Position numbers and translations under genes: made by a program. From assembly GCA_951406725.2 (NCBI GenBank), contig OX597814.1, positions 117,056,001-117,120,000 of the forward strand: a DNA stretch of 64,000 nt. The letters are read 5' to 3'. The DNA is from Octopus vulgaris. Its lineage: Eukaryota. How positions within the stretch are numbered: the stretch's first letter is position 1; the number at the start of each line of letters is the position of its first letter. Positions 53,424-64,000 of this stretch are shown piece after piece. The notes under the pieces are model-generated. The model was not told the DNA's origin. It made no database searches and was given only the letters and a program-made list of their open reading frames with translations.

Positions 53424-54401
53424 GTGAGTTCACGGAAAACAGAAAAGACGAAGAGAGGTGGTGTATAAATCTCACACAGGTGTTAGAGACAGAACATTAT
53501 GACAAACATGGTGCATTATAGTCAGAAACTACACTTTCTCTCTTATACATTTTATGTTATGTGGGCAATCATTTTGTCGAGAATTCTAGTGAATGCTTGC
53601 TGTGGAACTCGACGCAGTTAATTACTTTCCATATCTCACAGTCTGCATCGTCTGCTTTATTTATTAAATATTGAGAACGTGAAACATTTTCTTTTCCTTT
53701 CATTTCAAGGCTTTCTAGCGTACTTGAGTGATCAGTTTGTGAAAACACTTCGTAAGAGTAAATCCGTTGTTTCCTGTCTTCAGTTGAAATGCTTTTCCCA
53801 TCGGATGTCTCGCCTTCTAAAGGCACGGTGTACACCGCAGCAATAATTCTAGAGCTACTATCACATAATATAATTACATGACGATGCGCTCTTGAATATT
53901 GGTGTTTCACAGTTCTTTTGAGTGTGAGCGCATCGAGCCGTTTCCATGATATATTCCTATTGTAGATTTCCTCAATTGAGCGTAATTTTTTATACACCCG
54001 AGTCCTTTTATTTGCCCAAATGTTCATACGTGATTTTGAAATATTCCGCAAATAGTTTGTATGATGTTATGATAGAACAAGTACGTTTATTTGTAAATAT
54101 TCCAATAGTCTTCAAATTGGTAAATATTATTTCCTTTGCGAAAGCTTGGTAGGTAGCAAATCTGAAGAAATAGATTTATGAGTACAGAGAATTGATGGTT
54201 GCAGCAGGGGTGGCCGAGGGATGAGAAGAATGAGAAAAAAAGATGACGAGGAGGAGGAGGAGGAGGAAGAGAAGTAGATGAAAGAAGAGAAGTAGGAGTA
54301 GGAAAAGAAGTGGAGAAGGAGAAAGAAAAGACAAAGAATGGAGTGATGTGACAGTAGATTCTTAACGGTCATATGACCTAAATGTAACCTGTTGTGGTCG
54401 T

Positions 54402-54516
<115 letters not shown>

Positions 54517-54732
54517 CAGATAGAAATCCAAATTGAGTGAGTAGGGCAGGTAAAATGCACGCTATGTATGTTTCTTAGGTAGCTGAAGCTCGTGATGCAC
54601 TAATCGTGTTACGAGGTTTCCTATTGGAGTACGCCTAATGTGAACAACTATAGAATGGAAGATGACATATGTGTTTAATGTAATTTGCAGCGTATAGTGT
54701 TTCAATAAGGAAATACAGCGTCCCTCCAGTTC

Positions 54733-54812
<80 letters not shown>

Positions 54813-54818
<6 letters not shown>

Positions 54819-56186
54819 GAAATGAAGAAAATGCTGATAAATAATTGAAGTAATTTAAGTAATTTAATTAGGTGAAAGTTCTTTTTACCGGTTGCGCATT
54901 TGTTATGCTTATCAAAATATAAAAGAGAGATTAGAGTCTGTCTCTTATATGTGAAAAAAAGAGGCTCCAGAGTTGTTTGGGATTTGCTTGGTTTCGCGCC
55001 TAAAATTTTGATTGGTCATTATGAAGGGGTCACGTGAATGTTTGAATGGAAGTTGGTGTTGGGGTAAGAAAAAAGGCTCCAGAGAAGTTAAAATTTGGCT
55101 AGTGTCCCGCCTAAAATTTCTTATTGGCCATAATAAAGAGGTCACGTGAATGTTTAGAATTTTCGAAAATAGTGTTGTTGAAAATTCTTATTGTTCAGGC
55201 TGGTCAGTAGACGTCATGTGGATATTTTAAATAGCTTTTTAGCGCGTAGTTAGGGAGTGTATTTTCCGCTTGACTGGATAAGTAAGTTCGTTTAGAACAG
55301 GGAGAGCTGTATGTATGTATGTGTGTGCGCGCGCGCGCGCGTGTGTGTGTTTATATGTATGTTGGGGCGCGCGCGCGTGTATATATGTGTGTGTGTGTGG
55401 GTAAAATTTTCAATATTTATAGTTCTGCTGGCCTTGTGCCTGTATCGGGAAGCAACGTATTTGTGTGAAGTCAATATTTACAGCCATTTCCAAAAAATAG
55501 TGTTGGATGTTTTGCACCCGTATTCAATTATGTGTATGTGTGGAACCATATATTTGTGTGTGTCATGGTGTTAATATCTGGGTAAAGGTGTGTGTAGGGG
55601 TGTGTGCAGGTGTAAGTGTGTTTGTTGTGGGTTCGTGTTAGGGGCATGTGTTTAGAAGTGGTCTGTATTTATTAATAAGGTGGGATTCCATGGTTATTCG
55701 CTGGGTATGAGTGGCATTGTCTTTAAATTTGTAGAGGGAAAGATTCTAAAATTGGGATGGAGTTGTGCGGCACAGGTATCAATATGTGCACTAAATGCTA
55801 TTTTTCTATATTCCTGTATTTTTATTTGGGATCTGTGGACAGTCATGCGTTGGCGGAGGCTATTTTTTGTTTGGCCTATGTAGTGTTCATTACAGCCCGA
55901 GCAAGTTAAGACATATACTAGGTTTTCTGATGCGCATGTGAAGTTGTGTTTTACTGTGAAACGTTGTCCTTGTTTAAAAAGGAATTCCGGACCTTCTATT
56001 AGGTTGATGCATATACCACAGTTGGGTCTATTGCATTTGTTTACTGTGGGTTTAGTTGTTGTGGTTGGCAGTACTTTGGCATTTGTTAGGATGGTTTTCA
56101 ATGATTTGGGTTGCCTTTTGCTCTTTATGATTTCGTGTGTTAGGAGGATTTGGTTCATTCTATGGTCCTTTTGTAATACAGGAATG

Positions 56187-56187
<1 letters not shown>
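54813..56187 (-). mobile_element. Penelope-like element (Neptune-type) 3' fragment with GIY-YIG domain and pLTR, flanked on both sides by (TA)n
   Basis: ORF 55694-56158: KSKRQPKSLK..CNRPNCGIC...NLVYVLTCSGCNEHYIGQT..LRQR..H; degenerate hammerhead at ~54881-54920 (minus). Confidence 0.88.
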
Positions 56188-56233
<46 letters not shown>

Positions 56234-56462
56234 GAGTTATCCTATGTTTACCGTCAATATGGAATATTCGATGAACCGATATCAGGGTAGCAAATTCACG
56301 GCAGAAACACGGTTGAAGCGACCTATCCAAAGGTAGAAACTCCGGGTTCATGTGCAGAAATGTGTGTGTTATATATGAATAAATAAATAAATAGAGTTGT
56401 ACGAATATGTTAATAAAAGTAAAGAAATTTTATTAACATCTTCGTTCAACTCCATTTATTTA

Positions 56463-56506
<44 letters not shown>

Positions 56507-57297
56507 TATATCTTTGTATATTTCTCTGCGTGTGGCGTGCTCTAGTGTGTGTGTGTGTGCGTATGTGTGTGTGTGTGTGTGTTTGTGTAGCATATTTCCA
56601 CATATATTTTATTTATCACAATTCCTGATTCTAAAATATATAGAACATGAACATTTTTTTAATATTTCCAGTTTAACTCAGACACATCTAGAGGCAAGTG
56701 GTTCATAGTAAATAAAGTCATTTTCTAATAAACTAAATATAAATTACATTTAATTTGACTACTTGCAATTTTAGATAAATTTTATTTCATTTCTCACATA
56801 ACATTGGAAAAAGAAATCAATTACTTCTCTTAATTTAGTGGCATACTTGTATTTAAGAATATCGAGCACTACTTGACATCAACCATAATTGACTCTACAA
56901 AAGAAGCACTTATGTGAAGTACGCTTAAGCTAATGCTCTTGCAATACAATACTACAAGAAAGTACTCAGAATATTTGTAATAATTCTGAAGAGGTTCTTC
57001 GTGAATCAAGGAAAGAAACACGTTCGGCTAAATCAGGCTTATTAACCGTCTCACTCAAATTATTGCTTATTGTCATACAGAAGGGTAGAGGCTATTGTAG
57101 TCCGAAATGCATCGTATCTTAGAAACGGAATGTTAAATTTGTTACTGTTTACTACGACTGTGCTCATAAGACTGCTCAGTAAATGTCGAACGTAATAGAC
57201 GTGGTCACCTAAATGGTTAACCAACGTATTATTAGCCGAAAATTTTCTTCAAATGTCACCTCACTGTCTTTAATCACGGTATCATAGAAAACATTAT

Positions 57298-57528
57298 GGT
57301 GGCGAGCTGGCAGAAACGTTAGCACACCGGGCGAAATGCATAGCGGTATTTAGTCTGCCGCTACTTTCTGAGTTCAAATTCCGCCGAGGTCGACTTTGCC
57401 TTTCATCCTTTCGGGGTCGATAAATTAAGTACCAGTAACGCACTGGGGTCAATATAATCGACTTAATCCGTGTGTCTGTCCTTGTTTGTCCTCTCTGTGT
57501 TTAGTCCCTTGTGGGTTGTAAAGAAACA
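57298..57528 (+). mobile_element. SINE family A with ~20-bp TSD
   Basis: GGTATCATAGAAAACATTAT (57278-57297) and GGTATCATAGATAACATAAT (57529-57548). Confidence 0.92.
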
Positions 57529-60500
57529 GGTATCATAGATAACATAATGCGGATTTTACGATTCCTTGAAGAAAATGTTGAAATGGCTATTTTCGGTTCA
57601 TCAACATCCCGCTCAAGAGAGCAGAGAGTGGAGGCTAAAGAAAACCAACCATCACCAATTAAAAAGAACAATAACAACAGCAATAGGGTTTCAATTAATA
57701 ATACACAATACGAATAAAATAAACGTACCGATTACTAAAATGTGCATTTCCATTTGTAAATAGTTAAAGATACAGACTTTTCCCCGAAAATACTGCTTCG
57801 AGAGTAGGGAAGTGATTTAAAGATTTCTTGAATGACTACAAGCGTTATCACATCAACTGTGCGAATAATGACTGTTATGCTGGCAAGACACTGGTTTAAT
57901 AAGATAATAAGATGCCCACCGGAAAACTGCAACGTTCTTCTGTTTATAGATAACCAAGACGAACGTATATGGATTTCAATGCTGTGTAGCTACAGGATTA
58001 TTCAGCTTGAATAGCATAGCACCCAACTTTCCGTAGATGACACCACATCACCTGAGAATTATCATTGCTAGTTATGGGTTGTCATTCATTATGGATCTAC
58101 CTCGTCGGGGTTTAACCTGTGAAAAGTAGCAACGTCTATCACCTCGCTCAGTTAGTTAGTCTGGAACACTTAAAACTGCTGCTGACGTTGCCACCACTTT
58201 CATGATTTCATACTAAAAGTTGATTATATCGTAGCTATTTTGTTATCTTATATTAACCCCTTGGCAACGGTTGAAGCAAATATGCGTTCACACTTTTGCT
58301 TGCCTACCCGCAGTTAACGTAAATATACGATGTAGAGCTGCCCTACATCTATCACGGACTTATTAGTGGTTGACGTATGTTTACGTTCGCTATCGTGTAC
58401 TTTATCTCTTGAGGTGCGCGCATTCACCGTCCCGTGCATTATCTTAGCTATTGTAGGTTACGTTCAAGTCACAAAACTAGCAGTAGATCATTGACATGCG
58501 GATACTTTACATGCATAATACCGTGTTTTGAGTTGTACCACACGCAAGCTATTTTCTGAACTTGAGCAGAATAACTTGTGCATATCATATTATGATAAAT
58601 ATCCTCACATAGTTCGTTTTCATAAACCGTAAACGTAAATATACTACGCTATGTTATTGTAACGGTGAACGCAAATAGACGCGAGCTCGTTGGCACTTGT
58701 GTGTTAATGTGGCCTCATTAGATAAAAAAAAACCGGAGCAGTGTTTCGCATGTTTCGTGTAATACCGGCGTCAAGGGGTCAATCCTACATCAGTCCCGAT
58801 TGAGAAAACATGTATTCAAATGTATTCCAAAGATTCACGCTGTTTTTAGATTTAAAAAAATACAGTTAGGGACATATCAGCTAATGAACACCTCATATCT
58901 TAAAACGTGCTGTGTGAAGAAAGTGGATCGTACATGAATCTTACAAATATGAGGATGTCTATTGGGTTTCTCTTTTGTTTAGTTTTTCATAAATATCTAA
59001 TACTGATTAAAATTTGATCATAGAGCGCAAAAGAAATTTATTTCAATTGTAAACAGTAGAGGTTAAAAAGCAGAGACAAGCAATTAATTTCTTTCATTGA
59101 TTAAAAAAAAAAAATCAAAATATTAAAGAAAATCACTAGTGCAGGCATGGCTATGTGGTTAAGAAGCGCGTCTTGTAATCATGCGGTTTCTTGTTCATTA
59201 CTACCGTTGGGCAATTTGGGAATAGAATCTCAAACAATAACGTTGAACCACCCAGTGCCATTTAAGTGAGTGTATGGAAAATGTGTTTTTATTAAAAGGG
59301 TTGCTTTTGGACACACGAAGAATCATTTCATATACACTCATTACAGAACAGAAAAATCATTTCGCAACACCATTCCTCCGAAGATTTCCTTAAGAAGTGA
59401 CCCTATCCTCCAAATAGTGAAATACAAGATAAAAGTACAAACCACGATTTGCATAATCTTTATAGCATGCGTATCTTTGGCTTTTAAAAATGTGTGTATG
59501 TGAGTGTGTGTGGTGTATGTGTGTGTGTGTATGTGTGTGTGTGTGAACTCGCCTATATCTATCCCTTTATGTTGGGCGTAACGAAAATATCTGTATGTCG
59601 TTAGTCGCAGCTTTAGAAACAGCGATGAAATTTATCTCAAACCACAGCGTACTTTAATAATTAAAAAAGGAAGGATATGTTGAATAATAAAAGTTGCGAT
59701 ACACCACGTATCAAAAACAGAAATAAAATAAAGGCTGAGATGCCTGGCCATATGTTCTATTAACGAGTTTTTTCAAGGGTAGAACAGATGAGGACACTAA
59801 CGTGAATTCCCCATCCCTCGATAGGAAATAAAAGCATTGTATTCAGTACTGTTTTTCTTCATATGCCTGCTCTATGAAACTTGGCGTGGAATTAAACAAC
59901 ATCAACAAACTTCATTATCAGAGTGATAAAATAATAATAGTTTATAAAATTTACATTTCCTAGCGTTTTATGTTCTGAACTTAACGATAGATAATATAAC
60001 TAATAGAACACTGTGCCATTTGGAAGATCTTATCTAAAATTCATACCTGTTTCATAACGAATCGTTAATGGGAAGTCATATATGTCTCGTATAATTTGAT
60101 AACGACCATTCATATAGCTACAACTTTGTTAGCAGTTTTGTTCTTGTAAAGCCTGGATTTAAAAATATTTCTAAATAGTGGTTGTTACAAGCCAAGAATA
60201 ATGATTACGAGGGCATTTCCAAAAGCGGTTGGGATATATATTTTGTGATCATACCTCAATCATACGTTTACATTAATATCTCGTTAGAGAGAATCATTTA
60301 AGCAAATAATCCATGGAAAAACAGAGTAGAAAATGATTAATACATTTGCTTCTGAATGTTGTTGAGGTATTTAGTTTCTATTCTATTTTCTCAGATATTC
60401 ACGTAATGTATAAGAAATATATTACAATTATTTCAACACAAATAATATTAATGTGAATGAAGAGTTATATCATCTATTAAAATAAATAAAAATCATTCTA

Positions 60501-61324
60501 GCTTTATCATTATTTGATTTGCATATATAACAAAGACATATTTCATAACTTCACATAGAAAATTGGATTAAAAATCTCAGCATATGAGCTGTAAAAAATT
60601 TACGAGTTACAATACATACTCAGAACAAGATTATAAAGATACGTATCTTAAAATATATTTTACACTAAAAATAAGAAAAAAAAGACAAACACACACATTT
60701 GGTGCATGAGTTTACGTGGCTGATCTCTCTTGTCGCTTTCAGGAGTGAGAGTGCGGCAAGATGTAGCTGCACAGTGTATCTAGTTTATTGATTTGTGGTG
60801 TCGTACGAAATCCACATGCTCCTGATGATTGTAGAAACGTCTATCAGCCCTTGGCTGTCGGTGTCCATGAGTAAAGACTTCCATTATCATTCACCCTCTG
60901 ACTATGTCGTTCCTTTACATATCCCTGAGGAAGTTTGATGGTGTTTGGTGCTAATGTCTTTGATGAACAAGCTGCACGCTGAACATTATTAGAGTGGACT
61001 AAGGTTATCTGGAACTAGTATTATCTGGAGGCAGTACTGTTCTCTTGTCCTTTAAACAGAAGCCCTGTTGATGTCAGGATACAGGATTAGGATTTGAAAG
61101 TAGTCACCTCTCTTAGACGAGAACTGAAAGAGCTGAAAGGGGTTACTTAGAGATACCTGTTTCAGGAGTCATTTTCTTGATATGCTACAAAACGCATGGC
61201 TGGGACTCTAGGACCTGAGTAGCGCTGAAAACAATCGCGGTAAACAGGTGCTTTCCTCGAAATTCGTGACCAAGGACCCAAAAGTAGAAGGATTTTAACG
61301 TTATATCAAGGACACACACATATG

Positions 61325-61385
<61 letters not shown>

Positions 61386-61468
61386 ATAATAATAATAATA
61401 ATAATAATATGAGGGAATGTTATTCCAAACATACAGTGAAAATTTCAATTTAGAAATACATACATACA

Positions 61469-61518
<50 letters not shown>

Positions 61519-61520
61519 AG

Positions 61521-61716
61521 TGGAGGCACAATGGCCCAGTGGTTAGGGCAGCGGACTCGCGGTCGTAGGATCGCGGTTTCGATTCCGAGACCGGGCGCTG
61601 TGCGTTTTTATTGAGCGAAAGCACCTAAAGCTCCACGAGGCTCCGGCAGGAGGTAGTAGTGATCCCTGCTGTACTCTTTCACCACAACTTTCTCTCACTC
61701 TTTCTTCTGTTGGCCT
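61521..61716 (+). mobile_element. tRNA-derived SINE (distinct family)
   Basis: TGGCCCAGTGGTTAGGGCA A box, GGTTTCGATTCC B box, non-tRNA 3' body. Confidence 0.7.
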
Positions 61717-61744
61717 ATTCGGTCACATGATCACGTGATATGAT

Positions 61745-62130
61745 GGAAAAGCAGAGAAAAACGCCAAGTACAAACATCAACACGAGAACGTGGTACATGC
61801 AATGCAAAGTATTAATAAGACGCTCAGAGTAGGAAAGAGAGAGTGGTTGTTTTACCTTTCGACCAAAGAACTACTTCAGAAACAGGAATTATAGGAAAGT
61901 CTAAAAAGAAGGTTAGAGGAGGAAAAAACAGTCAACGGTCCACGTGTAGTTACATTTATAAATATTAGAATAACAAAAAGAATGAATTATATATTTGAAA
62001 AAAGTGAGAAGAGATGGCATTTTTAGGGGATAGCTTTTTTAATTTTAATGATAATGTTTACAGTAAGTTATGACTTTCAAGCTTCAAATAGCCGTTTACA
62101 AACTGAAGAATATATGTTTCACTGGTTGCT
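61745..62130 (-). mobile_element. PLE pLTR fragment of the 27.15/36.7-kb family with a degenerate hammerhead (~61849-61883)
   Basis: Minus: GUUU-CUGAAGU...GAAA-GG-UA-AAAC. Confidence 0.5.
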
Positions 62131-62610
62131 TAAATAGAAATATAATTAGATAGTAAAAAATGTATATGAAAAACATAAGAAAAAAGATATTAATAATGAT
62201 GATGGAGAATAAGTTGAAGAAGAAGAATAAAGAAAGAAAAATAAGTAGAACAAGAATAAGAAAGACAAAGAAAGAAGAAGAGGCGGAAGAAGATGCAGAA
62301 AGAGAGAGAAAGGGAAAATAAAATAAAGGTAAGAGTAAAAGTAAATATAAAAATAAAGATAGTAATTGTAAACAGATGGCGAAGGAGTGTTGAGTACACC
62401 AAGAATACAGAAATGGAATATTTTGGAGAGGTGAATGTCATTGAATTGTCAGATGACCACTGGGTTGCCTGCTGATTTCAGGACACCTATTCATTTAGTT
62501 CTCACACGTGGTATGATGTACACAACTCTAAACATACTATATGTATATATACATACACACATATATATGCATATGCATATACATATATATATGTATATAT
62601 ATATATTTAT

Positions 62611-63048
62611 ATATTATAAAAATAGGGTTCAGTAAAATAATTTACTTTACCACACACCGAACTTTTTAGAAATAGCAGCCAAGAATTTTAGCTATTTCTT
62701 CTACTGTAAGAAAAATCTCCCAGACAATGCATACTCAAAAATAACTCACACAGGTATAGAGGGAAACATACCGAAAGATCACACTATATAAGATTACCTG
62801 AGAACATGCCCATTTCTGGATTAGTTGATTATAATGATCAACATTCCCTTCGTCAGCTCAAGGATTTCTGAGATTTGGATTTGAAAGTAATAAAAATCAA
62901 ACATACCCGTCTGGTACGAGTAATCCCAGACAAACCATATCAGACCGCCAGTACCAACGAATTTAAAAATACAAGTGAGGCCTCGCATTCGTCCCCTTCC
63001 TCCGTGTGGTAAAATAAATTATTTTACTGAACCCTATTTTTATAATAT
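62611..63048 (-). mobile_element. pLTR-like element with 45-bp terminal inverted repeats in (TA)n, carrying a hammerhead at 62797-62862 (minus)
   Basis: 62611-62655 is the reverse complement of 63004-63048 with 1 mismatch; CUUGAG-CUGACGA-...GUUGAU/AUCAAC...-GAAA-UGGGCAUG-UU-CUCAGG. Confidence 0.75.
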
Positions 63049-63150
63049 ATATTTATATATATATATATACACAATATATACTATATATGCATATGTATAT
63101 ATATACATATATATATATTTATATATATACACAATATATACTATATATGC

Positions 63151-63190
<40 letters not shown>

Positions 63191-64000
63191 TATTGATATT
63201 GATATACGTACACGCGTCTTAATCCTTCAGTCACATATATGCATACACACACACACACACATACATACATATGTATTCAAGCATGCATGCGTAGCTATTT
63301 TGGAAAATGTGTTTGTTAAAAGGCGATATTAGTGCTTTTGCGCATATATACATACTTGGGATTATCTATAGTTTTATCTATAGTTTTATCTGCTTCCACA
63401 TCAACCGATCACAAACAGAATAATTTATAAGTTGTTTTTATAAGCATTTATAAGTTGTTCATACATACATTTTTTTGTTTATGTATATATATATATATTT
63501 ATACAGATTTGTTTTATTCACATTATTCCTGCACAGGTACAACAGGATTTAAGTATCCGGAATACTATTTCGCGCCTTTGTACGTGTTATGCTAGGTACA
63601 CAGCAGTTAATAATTAGGAAAATTCTATTAAATTCGAACTCGTGCAGTGTACTTTTAGAGAGCATTAAAAAGATGGGCAAAAAAGTAATAATTGGAATAC
63701 GTAGCAAGTAGAAAATGACGGACAAATAAACGACCATTAAATCTACCTGTTTATGTAGTAGATTTAAGAATGTGCTTCAATTTACCGGTAACAGTAATGA
63801 AATTAAATGCTTTACAGAAACAAATTCCGCCATTGATGTGATATACAATGTTGTAAAGGAATCACATAAACTTACAACCAGGCTCGTTTATTTTACAGTA
63901 GCGGATTTTCGGATTAAATATGAAATATTTTTTTAAGATCATTTTGAGTTCAGAAATATTCATAGCAAAATTTTCAATTTAGTTAATATAACCGTAAGAA

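Noticed and set aside
53569-54051. 160-aa minus-strand ORF of non-repetitive sequence
   Set aside because: No recognisable motif; could be a decayed TE or a chance ORF
60822-60841. CTGATGA-TTGTA-GAAACGTC hammerhead-like core
   Set aside because: No real stem II and no stem I pairing; probably chance
61521-61600. tRNA gene
   Set aside because: A and B boxes are present, but there is no clean cloverleaf or terminator and it continues into a SINE body

Overview
AT-rich, microsatellite-dense eukaryotic (metazoan) DNA. The SINE families, the RTE with a PHD-like finger and the R4/Dong and Penelope content suggest an octopus or other coleoid cephalopod (inference). I could not support any host protein-coding gene; most listed ORFs are microsatellite translations. 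The window is a transposon mosaic: two IR/DR Tc1 copies, a near-intact 5.3-kb Tx1-clade LINE inserted inside a tRNA-derived SINE, fragments of CR1-group, R4/Dong, RTE and mariner elements, a non-autonomous Helitron, several tRNA-SINE families and at least six Penelope-like element (PLE) fragments. The main signal is a set of short, non-coding, mostly (TA)n-embedded fold-back or partial-tandem elements from many unrelated sequence families. Each carries a minimal type I hammerhead ribozyme with a short, usually palindromic stem III. Variants include U3-A8 compensatory cores and extra-A cores. One PLE ends in a hammerhead followed by a captured 18S rRNA segment. Two SINE-LINE 3'-tail partnerships are visible in the window (SINE-A with Tx1, SINE-B with CR1).
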